Notes under the pieces: model-generated
Database searches by the model: none
Told to the model about the DNA's origin: nothing
The model's input: only the letters and a program-made list of their open reading frames with translations
From: Phallusia mammillata
Lineage: Eukaryota
Reading direction: 5' to 3'
DNA length: 64,000 bases
Assembly (NCBI GenBank): GCA_965637545.1
Contig: OZ281496.1
Span: forward strand, 5,084,001-5,148,000
Shown here: piece after piece, positions 39,401 through 51,267 of the stretch
Layout of the letters: each line of letters opens with the position of its first letter
Position numbering within the stretch: the first letter of the stretch is position 1
Made by a program: the position numbers and the translations under genes

Positions 39401-40948
39401 GGTTAGCGCATAAGGTTAGGAACAGGTATTTTAAAAATGTGAGAAATGAGATTCGAACCTACGAGGAAAAAAACGGACGAATTTCTAAAAAAAACTTTTT
39501 AGACAAAGTTTGTAGAGTTTTACCTTACAAAAGTTGTTTGCAGCAAGCTGCCCCGAACGGAAATGGGCAATGAACCGAGAGGAAACTCCAGTTGAAACAA
39601 ATCGTCTGGCCCATGTGTTACAGTTACGGGAAATTGCTGTATCATGTGAGGTACCGGTTACATTCTGCACACATAGTGTGTCTGAAACTAAATGATACGG
39701 GCACCATTTAAAAAGTAAAATAATATAACAAGCTTATGCTCCCATACATCCTGTACAAGCGTTGCCACGATGGCGCATTTTCGCCCAATTTGTTTGTTTA
39801 AGCCAACATGTTCCAAAGTGTTCAATTTATGACAATATATGTTGTAATGTTCGAAAATATAACGCAAAATCTCTCCTTGTGCCGACGTATTGTTATAACT
39901 TATGACATAAAGGATTTATGGAATGCTACTTGGTTGGTGTACAACTAAAAAACATAAAAAATAAAAGAGGTGCAAATATGGATATTGACACTCTGTTTTT
40001 TTACGCCAGGAAACAGTTTCAGCTGCAAGAAAGCGCTATTATAAGATATCATCTGAACATCAGTTTACTTTCTTAAAAATGATTAAAAAAAAACGAAAAT
40101 CAATATTAAGTTGAAAACGATACATATACTGGCCACAACCAATATATTTTTTTGATATAAACGTATTAGCAAAGAAAGCAGCTTGCCTAAAGTAGGAAAT
40201 ATATTTTAAAAAACTATCAAACTATATCTAATAAATGTGGCGTCTAAATTTTTATGCTACTGTTACGCAAAAAATTAAATAAAATAATTTTGTGGAGCGA
40301 GTTGGTCTGGACCCTAAAGGTATAATGCAATCTCATTTAGTTTAAATAGTGCTTCTTTGAGAGATTAAACTTTTTGGAATACTGAAGAGTCTGCTCTGCT
40401 TGCATTATTCATTTATTGCATCACAATCAACAATAAAAAATCAGTTAATTCAAAGCCGGATTTGACCCTCGAGCCCGAGTTTGCTCTTTTCAAGCTTACA
40501 TAATTTCCCTCCAAAAACAATAAATTTCCCACTAGTGGGAAATTCCCCACTGGTTAAGAACCACTGGTCTAGACAGCTAGATACTAGAACAGTGATTTCC
40601 AACATTTTATATCGCTTTCTTTTTATATCACTTTAAGTCACCCTCAGGACCCGTAGCCCCCCTTTAAGTAACCATCAAAATACGTAGTCCCATTTTTGTA
40701 ACATTAGGATCTGTGATAAATACAACATAATCTCAATGTCTTTTGGATGATGTTTCTAGTGAGCCTACACCCGTGGTCCCCCAGAAAACAGCAGCATAAA
40801 GTTTAATTTTATCGTACCTCCACAATTTGATTTATCATGTATACCACTTAAGTTGAAATCAGAACAAAAATCACAAAAGTCACTTACCTCGGTGCAGCAT
40901 ACTCAGCGTGCTGACAAAAAGCGCCGCTTTTAATAGTCGACTTGACAT
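33401..40948 (-). CDS. Kringle-like/CUB/ZP-domain protein, paralog C (ectodomain open; canonical TM-exon acceptor lost)
   Basis: Signal exon 40888-40948 (MSSRLLKAALFVSTLSMLHR); kringle-like DTLCVQNVTGTSHDTAISRNCNTW..NNFCK; CUB; all ZP exons open; SCSGKKRRS furin site; TM QLVMFVLLAVIIIGAGYIVW. Confidence 0.85.
36166..36789. mobile_element. tRNA-like repeat: more than one head-to-tail monomer plus an inverted terminal segment, 13-bp TSD
   Basis: tagcctgcggtgggattcgaacc (~36244) recurs at ~36589, period ~345 bp; orientation flips near 36625; TSD agctgttatataa/agttgttatataa at 36153-36165 and 36790-36802. Confidence 0.85.
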
Positions 40949-42379
40949 TTTTACCGTGGATAACGATGAACAGTAATAACACTAACTACCTAAAATCTGC
41001 GCCTCCTGCAAAAAAACTTGTCACATTAGGGTATAGCGGCACTCCGGTTGGACACCTGAAACTTCTTAACATTGCCTGACATTTCTTTATCAAGCGACGA
41101 CTTGCGACACGACGCCAATGACTACACAATTACAGCTCAAATACAAGAGGAAGCAATCAAACTGGTGAATTGACGTTCGGTCGAACCTGCCAGAGACTTT
41201 TCCAGCCCAAGCAGACATTTTGGTCCATTCACAACGCCACCGAGATACCATTTGATCTAGGTACGTCACAATCAGTGATTTACTGCTACACAATGCGTGT
41301 GTTCTAAAACTTTCCAGTATGCTACAGAGTCTTAAGGCACGTACCTTTGCACAACCGATGAACATTTCAAAGCCTGTTTTAATGTTTTAACTCATACGTA
41401 ACCAATTTGCCTCGCAACATACAACCTGTAAATCTGCTGCAAAATATGTCTCTGCTTTAACTGGAATGGAACTGTAAGCCCGCGATGTGACAGTCTATAA
41501 CAGGGCTTGTCAAACTGTGGGTCACGAAATATAATTTTGGGGTATCGAAACATCATGAGTTCTTATGTCATTTGTCATTGTCTACAACGTCACCAAGATA
41601 CCATTGGATTCAGGTAAAAATATTAAAAATTCAATCTTACATGTTGCTGTAGAAAAATTTTAGTAAAGCAACTTTTTTTTCCGAAAACAATAAGTTTCCC
41701 ACTAGTGAAAAATTTGTATAATTGTAGCTATATTTGCAACGAAATTAGTGAGGTGAAATCGGATTCGGCTTAAGATTTTAGGAAAAGACGAGGTGGTTAA
41801 CTTTCACTGAACAAAGTAAGCATACCCAACACTATCCACTATTACAGCGGATCACCGCCCTTAACTTTCTAGATTTCCCCTGCACTGACGGCTTACTGCT
41901 AAAGACAAAGGTGTAATGTTCACACCGAACAACTAAAACAAGTTTAATATGAATAATAAATATGAAATGGCTAGAACATTGGCTATCTCCAAAGTTTCAA
42001 TAAGTTACAACACAACACGACCACGTTTCACAACTACAAAGCGAACGCTCCAAACACCACGAGGCCCAGGCAAGAACTGCACTAAGTATAGCACAAAGTA
42101 TGGCAGCTCAAAAGTCACATGATCTTTCCGGCCAATCACAGATGTCCAGGCGCGACTCGTCGACGTCAGAATTACTGGTGCGAGACAGCAGTTAATTAAG
42201 TGAACGAAAGTAGCGGTACGTTATTGGAGTGTTATCATACAAAAAATTAAAACACAATTATAGTTAAATATAGACAAAGTGTGCGTGTAGACAAAGTATA
42301 TACAAATTAAATTTTGTGAAGTGAAATATCGTTAAATATGAACAAAGAGTGTGAGGTTAATCATTATTAGTTCTTGTAA

Positions 42380-42612
42380 ATGAATTACGATTTGATGCAT
42401 ATTAAAGATTCATCATATAAAAAGAAAGATTTATTATTTAAAATGGAAGAACCATTAACGAAAATGGAAGAATCATTAAATAATGTGGAAACATCAACAA
42501 AGAATATTGAAGAATCAGCGACTATAACAGTACGATCATTAAAGAATATAGAAGCATCTCTGAAGAAAATGGAAGAATCATCAAAGTTTTGGTCAAAATC
42601 ATCCGGAATAAG
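42380..42612 (+). CDS. Candidate exon with 21-bp (7-aa) heptad repeats, coiled-coil-like
   Basis: KMEEPLT KMEESLN NVETSTK NIEESAT..NIEASLK KMEESSK, ending at a gtaagt donor; parent gene not established. Confidence 0.45.
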
Positions 42613-43308
42613 TAAGTGAATCGTTATTGTTTGCCAATTTTATTACAAGAATAAACAATAAATAATCGTAATGGAACAAAATAACTTTTGTGACAAGGCA
42701 ATAATTTTTTGGTGAAGGAGATTGCAACATTCTCACTTGACTCGATGTCAAATCGTAGGGCCAAATCATAGTATTTTTTAACGAATAATGACAACGATTT
42801 TGTGTTGATGTCAAAATAATTTGCTATGCTAGATACTTGTTAAATGTAAAAGTTGTATTTTAAAGTTAAACAAATGTGAGAATTCGATTTGTAATATAGC
42901 TGCAATGATTGTAAGAAAAATGATTGAAAATTAAAACCATTAAAAATACTCCTACCTGTTCTTCATGAAACAGTCTAAATATACACAATTGCTTAAATTT
43001 AATTTAAAAAGTAGACAAATTAAATCTTTTTATTGCAGTTCTGTTTATGTTTTTGAGTTGCAAACAAGTCACTTGCAATGAGTACCACCTAAACGAATTA
43101 TGTCAAAAGATTTTTTTGTATTTTGTCAAGCAGTCAAAAATATTATCGACCATCAGTTGCGTTCGTTGCTTGCAACGTGAGATACAAAAAGTGTATTATT
43201 TGGGTGCAAAACTGGATTAGTTTTTGTAAATCCATGAAAAAATTCAACAATTTAAATCGTATTTTTCTTTTCTATGTTAGTGTATTCAATGCGAAGAAGA
43301 GTGTCGTC

Positions 43309-45325
43309 TGTAATGTATATTGCGCCACCTTGTGACGCATTAAGTACATTGCCCCGCCTTGTGACGACCTTGCCGCATGCCCATATAAAAGCGTGAGTTT
43401 AACCTTTCATTCGAAGTGTTTTGTAGCTGTGGGCTTGTTGTGTCACTGTTTCATTCAATACATGGTGTCAGAAGTGCGTTCACGCCTCTAATTAAGATGG
43501 ACAAATCAGCAGTTTCTCTACCCCCGGCAATGCAGTGGATTTATCCAGAGATTCAAGCTGTATCTGATGGCGATTGGTGGTGACAGCAAGTCCGACAAAA
43601 GTAAGTCTGCGTTGCTTCTTCATGTTATGGAAGGTGATGACATTCAGATTTACAATTCTTTTATGTTCGAAATTGGAAATGACATGAAATTTGATGTCAT
43701 AGTGAATGAATTTCAACTGTATATCTGCCCCAAAAACAACGTAACATTTGAACGTTATAAATGTAACGACCGAAACCAACAGGATGGTGAAAATATTGAT
43801 CAATATGCCACCGAGCTAAAAAATCTTTCTGCACATTGTGAGTTTGAGATCCGGGATAGACTGGTTTGTGGAATTTCTGACGACAAGGTTTGTGAAGTTC
43901 TCTTAAAAGAAGTTGACCTGACTCTAGAAAAATGTCTTTCTATTTGTCGTTCAAAAAAAGTAGTTAAACTACAAGCTGCTGTATTTAGGAGCCAAGAGAA
44001 TAACGTGTGGGTTGTCAATAATCAACAATTAACCCCGGGGACAAGTCGTTTCAGGTCCAACAAAAGGAACTCGTGGTGTGAAGGATGTGCTTTAATTCAC
44101 GCTTCAGGTGCATGTTCAGCCCAGGGGAAACCTTGTTTCCATTGTGGAAAACTTGGCCACTACTTAAGATGTTGTAGCAACCGAAGAGTCAATGAAGTTA
44201 ACGAAACTTCTTTTCACGTTAAAACAGTGAGTACCGTTGTCACTTCAAAAGATTGGTTAGTTCCATTGAGATTAAATGGAAAACAGTTTACCTGTAAAAT
44301 TGACACTGGTGCCCAGGTGAACCTAATTTCGCTATCAGATATTAAAGCTATAACCATTACACCTCGTATCGAAAGTACCAATAACTGCGTTTGCCAATCA
44401 CAAGATATTTGTGTATGGTGTTTGCACTTTAAATGTCACATTTCGAAGCCATGCGCACGTGATGAAGTTCTTTGTTGTCCAAGCTAAAACTCAACCACTT
44501 ATCGGTCTTTTTGGTGCAGAGGCGTTAATGCTTATCAATCGTGTACATGCAGTGGAGTCTATAGAGCAGTGTGGTAATTTCGTCCGCGAATACGAGGATA
44601 TTTTTAATGGTCACGGTTGTCTTCCAGATACATACTCAATAAGGTTGAACTCCAATGCCACTCCAGTCATCCATCAGAGTCGAAAAGTTCCGTATCTGCT
44701 GAAACCAAAGTTGAAAGAAGAACTTCAGAGAATGAAAGGATTAGGTGTTATAACAGCAGTGACTGAACCAACCAGATGGGTAAACTCCAGTAATTGTGAA
44801 CAAAAAGAACGGAAAACTTCGTGTTTGTCTTGATCCCCGTGACCTCAATAAATCAATCATGCGTGAACATTACATGTTATCCACTCGGGAGGAATTAATG
44901 TTACAATTTAGTATTGCAAAGTTTTTTAGCAAGTTGAATGCTGTGAGTGGTTTTTGGCAAATAAAAATTGACGAAGAAAGTTCGAAACTGTGTACATTTA
45001 ACACTCCCTTCGGAAGGTACAGGTTTTTGCGTTTACCGGTTGGCATCTCGTCCGCCTAGAAGTATTTCATCGTGCTGTACATTCCTTGTTTGAGCACAGG
45101 ACGGTGGACGGTGTTGACACGTCAATGGACGATAGTATTGTGTGGGGCAGTTACAAAGAAGAACATGACAGGCGACTCCGCATGGTTTTGAAACAAGCTA
45201 GGAAGTCAAATTTACGATTGAATCGTGAAAAATGCGTTTTTTGTGTCAGCGTGAGTTTAACCTTTCAGGTCATTCGAAGTGTCTTGTAGTTGTGGGCTTG
45301 TTGTGTCACTGTTTCATTCAATACA
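43309..45325 (+). mobile_element. Internally deleted Ty3/gypsy LTR retrotransposon
   Basis: 5' LTR TG..CA at 43309-43462; primer-binding site tggtgtcagaagtg (tRNA-Leu type); gag with CFHCGKLGHYLRCC; protease IDTGAQ; RT motifs RVCLDPRDLN, FNTPFGRYRFLRLP, MDD; partial 3' LTR ~45249-45325; 5-bp TSD tcgtc. Frameshifts and stops present; RNase H and integrase absent. Confidence 0.93.
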
Positions 45326-48300
45326 TCGTCAACAGAATGATATGTTTCGTGGTCCCTTTAAATTTCAAGTTGATACCGAAGATGACGATAATGATTAGTT
45401 TACTTCGATTGTAGTTAACTAGACCAGGCCTGGGAAACTTGTCGTTCATAAAGGTCATCCAACATTTCATCGATACTCATAAAAGCGACATGAAGTAGTT
45501 TCTAGGCAGTGGTAACATAATATTTATTTGTAGTTTTTCTTTCGTTTTTATGAAATGTTTTTATAATTGCTGCAGAACAACTTTATGGCTTTTTACATAA
45601 GCTGCACGTTTGAGTGTCGGTACTCAACATTTTTTCGGTAGCACCTATTTCAGCTGTTATTTTAAGTCAAATAACTACCAAAACTTATCAAGTTAGCCCA
45701 ATTACACCACGCTTGTTTAAGCTGCTAAAGTGTATTAAGCAGTTTGTACCAGCCTTTTTCACTGTGATTGCTTTGCGTTGCACATGCGCCTGCAGCGAAC
45801 AAGTTCGAATTGTTTAAATTAAGTTCGGATATCTACTTTTCAATATGATCTTGTGTCACCTATTCGTGCATTCCAAATTTATGTTCCAATTTATGGTGTA
45901 CATACAGCATCAATATTAAACCGATTTCGTCGTTTTGGCAGCGCCTATTTCCAGTAGTTTGATATGAATTTTTAACTTGCACTGTACCGACAAAACCTGC
46001 GGTACCAAACACATCTTTAGCACCGATTGTACCTTCAGCAATAGATTCTGGAAAACAGATTTACTGTGACCTTTATAACGACATACGTCAGTTACACGAA
46101 TAAGAAATTCCATGTGTGTTTGACATAAAGTAATATACGTAGCACCTGTCACGAATATATTGGTGTTCGGATTTTATTATTAATACTTGTATCCATACCT
46201 GGTAATCCATAGGAGCGCGGTAGCTAACATGCGTTTAGTGACGTCTTTCAATGACGCAACACAACGTACAGGAAAAGAGGCGTTGAATTCCGGCCTTTGT
46301 TCACTTATAAGTTGGGCTGCTGAAATACCAATCAGTCAAGTAATAAAAGATACTTAAAGATTCCAAGTTTCATGTTATAGACAGAAAAGTTAAATGTGTG
46401 TCAAAAAATCCACTTGTATATTCTTTAGGTAATTTTGTGTGTCAAAAAATGCCCGATAGGTATTTTGCCCAAGTTTTTATATTTTGTTTGCGGTATAAAA
46501 GCAATGTCGCATTGTAAATCATGTTTTTATTTGAACTCTGGACTTTTGACGCACTTTGTAGAGTAGTATGACAATTGTCTGTTTAGCGTTTGTGACAGGT
46601 AGCACTACAGAAACCTATGATATGGCTTAATCCAGCGGTTGGTTTGCTGATGTATTCACAGCAGTATCCTATAAGCCTCATTGTTTTGGGTTCCATAAAC
46701 GTCAACCGCTGCAATCGAATAACCCACGCAATAATGGTGACGTAATAAAGATAAAACAAACAGTAAACAGGAAAGAAGGCGTTGATAGCAGATCCTAAAC
46801 CATTGTCTTCGAGATGTTAAATGGTTAGTGCAAGATACTAAAGCTAAATGATTGGTGTAAGTTTTCTTCCCAGAAAAAAATCAGATAAAAGAGGATCTTT
46901 GTTTTACAGTCAAACTAATGTTACAATTTTGCATTGGTTAACACAGAAAATATTTTGTAACGTTATAAACGGTTAATCCTTGCATATTTTCGTTGAATCA
47001 GTTTTATTTCAAGAATCTTACAGTGGCATCGGTCACGTTAAGTTTTAAACTGTTTCATTTTGCGATAAGAGTCTGTTTAGTTTCAGTGGTTTATATGCTT
47101 GCAATTTGTACCTTGCTTTGGTGAAAACAAGTATCATTGGCCGCTTTGCAAAAATTATGGGCTCATGTTTTTCGAGAAACGTGACAAAAAACAAGAAAAC
47201 CTCAGGAAAAACAAACGAGTTTTGCCATAATGGTAAGTCTATCATCGATCAGTGAGATTTTTTCGTCGTCCCAAGAATTAGCAGAGTAATGCCAATTGTA
47301 AAGCAGGTACCAGTTATATAGTATTTTTGCAAGAATTCGAATGTGAGATCTATGAAAATTAGAGATTTTAAATGTTGTGAGATTTTTTTTTTGCTGGACG
47401 AAATTGACAATGTTTTTTTACCAGCTTACATGAACCGTTGTCAGTAGATACGATTATACTCTTTGCGTAGATACGATTAGACGTCCACTCTGGTGCTTCA
47501 AATTAGATTTAAAAACGCGCCTGCCATATCTTAACTATAGGCTTCTTCACACTAACACTCCTCACAAGGTTCCAACAGTTTATTTGTAAACAAAACCCTT
47601 GCTGACTTCAATTAGCAGGATGTAGTGACTTCAACGAGAACCTGATGGATAAACTGGCGGGCGGTTTTCAAAGGAAATATCAGGTCATAATCACAATTGA
47701 AAAAATTGCCGGTCTAAACAATATAACACTCTTACCTAAACTTTTGGACGAGGACTTTAAAACAATTATTTGTTGACGATCAATCAAGTCAAACTTCAAG
47801 TAATACAGTACACTTTAGACCAGGCATATTGTCACAACAAAAGGTTTAACACAACAAGACACTGGTTATTGGCATAATGTTGACAAAGCAAATAACACAA
47901 CACTTACCAAAACAACTTGGTCACGAACTACTGGCAGACTTTTTGTGCACAGCAATAAGAAACATATGATTTAACAAGCAATTTACAATTTGTCTGAAAA
48001 ACAAACGCCAGTAGTTTCCTAGACACACGAAACGAACTACCGACGTTTTTAACATATCAAACATGAGGCGCGAAATTGCGCAAAATTATTCTCATGAAAA
48101 GGCGCTATTTATACTAAAAATTACAAATTGGGGAGACGATAGACACAACAGTAATCCGTAATGCAACGAAGATACTATTATGATGCTTTTGTGTTTTTTA
48201 CGAAACATTCATTGATACAAAATAATTACATCAAACAGTAGCAAATAGAAAAGTGTAACATAGTTGGTATTGTCGTTTCTTTTTAGATGGGCAGATGCTG

Positions 48301-48938
48301 AACGATAACATTCAACGTCTAATTGTGTTGATGTGATTCTTTTTTGTACAAGTTAAAATGTGTTTTTCTTATTTTTGACAAATGTGGTAAAGACTTGTTT
48401 TTGTTTAATTTAGTTGAGAAAAAAGCAATAAGATTAAGTTTGACGAAGGAAACGGGGCATCCTACACCACTTACTATAATTCCTACATGCGAAGTTGAAA
48501 ATCATGACGTGAGTAAAGTGGATAGAATGTTTATGGTTCAGTTCGTTACATACTAGAACTTAAAGAATGATTCATTTATCAATTCTTAAATAAAAATAAC
48601 AAACAAAATTCACGTCTTGCTATCACATATCTATCTTACATATTCAGTAGGCAACTACTTACGATAACCAGAAACAACTACTTCAACCTAATAGGAAAAA
48701 TGATTGTCAAACAAAAAAAAGAATATTTAAAAAGATTGCTTGTGTGGTGTTTTGTTTGTCTGTTTAGCAAATAATCACTTAAGAAAAACAAAACTACAGA
48801 AATGTTTGTTGGGTAAAAAAATATACCAAAGCTTCTTTGATCTCATGTGATAACTTAAGTGAATTTGATTTGATTGTCAGTATCTAACGCCCTCACCATC
48901 AGCCGATGGTAGTTTACAAATGAGAATATTATTATTAG

Positions 48939-50138
48939 CAAAATATCGGAGGAAAAAACATTGGCATCATGGAATCAGTAATTTTCGTCGCGGAGGTAAA
49001 TATTGGTAATTAATTTCGTTGAACTTTTGCTTTCAAACTTTGGAAACTTATTGTAACCATTTGTACAAGCAACTTGAACATTCAATGATTTAATGTTGAT
49101 GGGAGTAAATCTGATAAAATGACAAAAATTATAAACAAGAGACACCACGTCAAAGCTTTTTGCGCCTAATGCATAATAAACAATAATAAGAATAAATTTT
49201 CAATGGCAATATGATACAAAATGTAAAAAAAACTCATATTTAACTGACGTTATCAACAATATTTATGCTATGCTTTAAAGCACAAACAAGCGACGGATGG
49301 ATTTGTAAACTTTCAATATTTGTGTTTTCCAGTATAATAGACTGAAATAAGATATGTCCAAATTTTAAATGTGAGTGTAACACAGTCAATAACTGTAAAC
49401 AGAAAAACACATCTTTGATTTAATATTAGCATTCTCCAGTTATATAATCATAACGCAGCATAGTTGACGTTGCTCTTACAAGCGCTTAATGTAAAAGCTA
49501 TAAATATGGAAGCCTCCTGGGTAAAAACCTGCTAAAAAAGCAAAAACGAAATAATACCAATTTGTACCTTGCGTATGTCTTAAGTTCAAAGACATTGGCA
49601 TCATGGAATCCGGAATTTTCGTCCCGGAGGTAAATATTGGTAATTAATTTCGTTGAACTTTTGCTTTTAAACTTTGGAAACTTATTGTAACCATTTGTAC
49701 AAGCAACTTGAACATTCAATGATTTAATGTTGATTGGAGTAAATCTGATAAAATGACAAAAATTATAAACAAGAGACACCACGTCAAAGCTTTTTGCGCC
49801 TAATGCATAATAAACAATAATAATAAATAAAAATCAACCTCAATGAGTTTTTTCTTAGTCTCTAAACCGGTTTCAATTGGAACAAAATCGCCCAATCTTA
49901 AATCGACCACCGCAAAATCTAGGTAGGAAATAATCGTTTTGAATTATCTGTCTGTTCAGTTAAATCACACTTTGTTGTGTAACAAAACAAAACGCTCCAT
50001 TTTTCAGCTCGAGTTGCATTTGACAATTTCGATCCCAATGGATCCCCAGCAGAAGCACCAGCACAAATGGATGGCGATGAGGGTCGAAACCAAGACAACC
50101 AGTTTCAACCAGAACGGAACCAACCTCATAACAACTAA
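48939..50138 (+). CDS. Family-X gene copy 3, 3' exons (further candidate hydrophobic exons near 46560-46730)
   Basis: Exons 48939-48995 (QNIGGKNIGIMESVIFVAE), 49585-49629 (FKDIGIMESGIFVPE), 49859-49922 (..LNRPPQNL), 50008-50138 (ARVAFDNFDPNGSPAEAPAQMDGDEGRNQ..PHNN*). Confidence 0.65.
48958..49825 (+). repeat. ~230-bp direct duplication (48958-49190 / 49592-49825) that duplicates an exon
   Basis: Near-identical acattggcatcatggaatc...taaacaataataa blocks. Confidence 0.9.
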
Positions 50139-51267
50139 TGTTTGACTTGATGTAGGCAAAAAAATGAACGATCGTGTCTTTGTCAGAACTTAACAATACA
50201 ATCGTCAACAAACCTGCAGTAACGTCGAGTTTTTGTCCTATCTAAACAATAAAAATGCCGTAGCAAGCAATTTTACAAGTAGATTTGGCCACTATTCCTA
50301 CGTACCGTACCTTGAAAATCTGGTATTACTGCTGAATAAAGCGAAATTGCCTTACGCAGTCTTACATGATTAAATTTGAAAACAAATGTAATACGTTAAA
50401 TTTGAAGTCGGATGAAAGCAACTAAATTCATTTTAGGTGTCTTCTAAACAACAATCTTTAACAGTGTTGTTTGTTCTTTTTTATCAGTTTAAAGCTGGTT
50501 TCAGTAAGCTGGCAACGAAACTGAAACAACCGTTATAAACAGATACACTAGGTGGAACATTGCGTCGCCCATCAATTCGATTTTAACACAATATAGAAAT
50601 CGTACTTTGTCAACGTGGAAACAATCTCAACTTGCAAACCAAGTTTATTACATTTGTTTGAATATTTATTATTACTGTATTAAACAGCAATTTTAAATGC
50701 TTTTTTATTAACTGTTTTTACAAATTAACTCCATTCTGACTGAGAATGTCATTCGTGAAATTTTATTTATGTTTTTACAAGTGTTAACTGGAAATGGTGC
50801 AAATTGGCAATTGTTTTAAAAACACCTCGTTTCGCCTTGACAGCTCAAACCTTGCGGGGAAGTCATATTGTGTAAAAATGAAATTTCTGCTAATAGCCAA
50901 CAATATTCTGAGCTTTTTAAAACATTCTATCACACTTTAATTAGGATACAGATGATACTCTAAACTGATTTGTTTTGGTGTTTTGGTAAACCCACAGTTG
51001 TAATTGCATCCGATTATATTGTCATACAGTCATAAAAGCACAAAAACACCTTGACAAGATATTTTTCTGACAACAATTATCATTAAATGATGCATGTTGT
51101 GTAAAAGTTAGTTTTGATTCCCCTGGAAAATTTAACATCGACGAATTTCAGAATATAATGCTGCAAAAATTTGTTGTTTATGAGATAAATGCAAAACCTT
51201 GTAGTATTTTATAGCCGCTTTTATGTCGACAGAAACCATAAAATGTTGAGTATATGAGAAATTTTAT

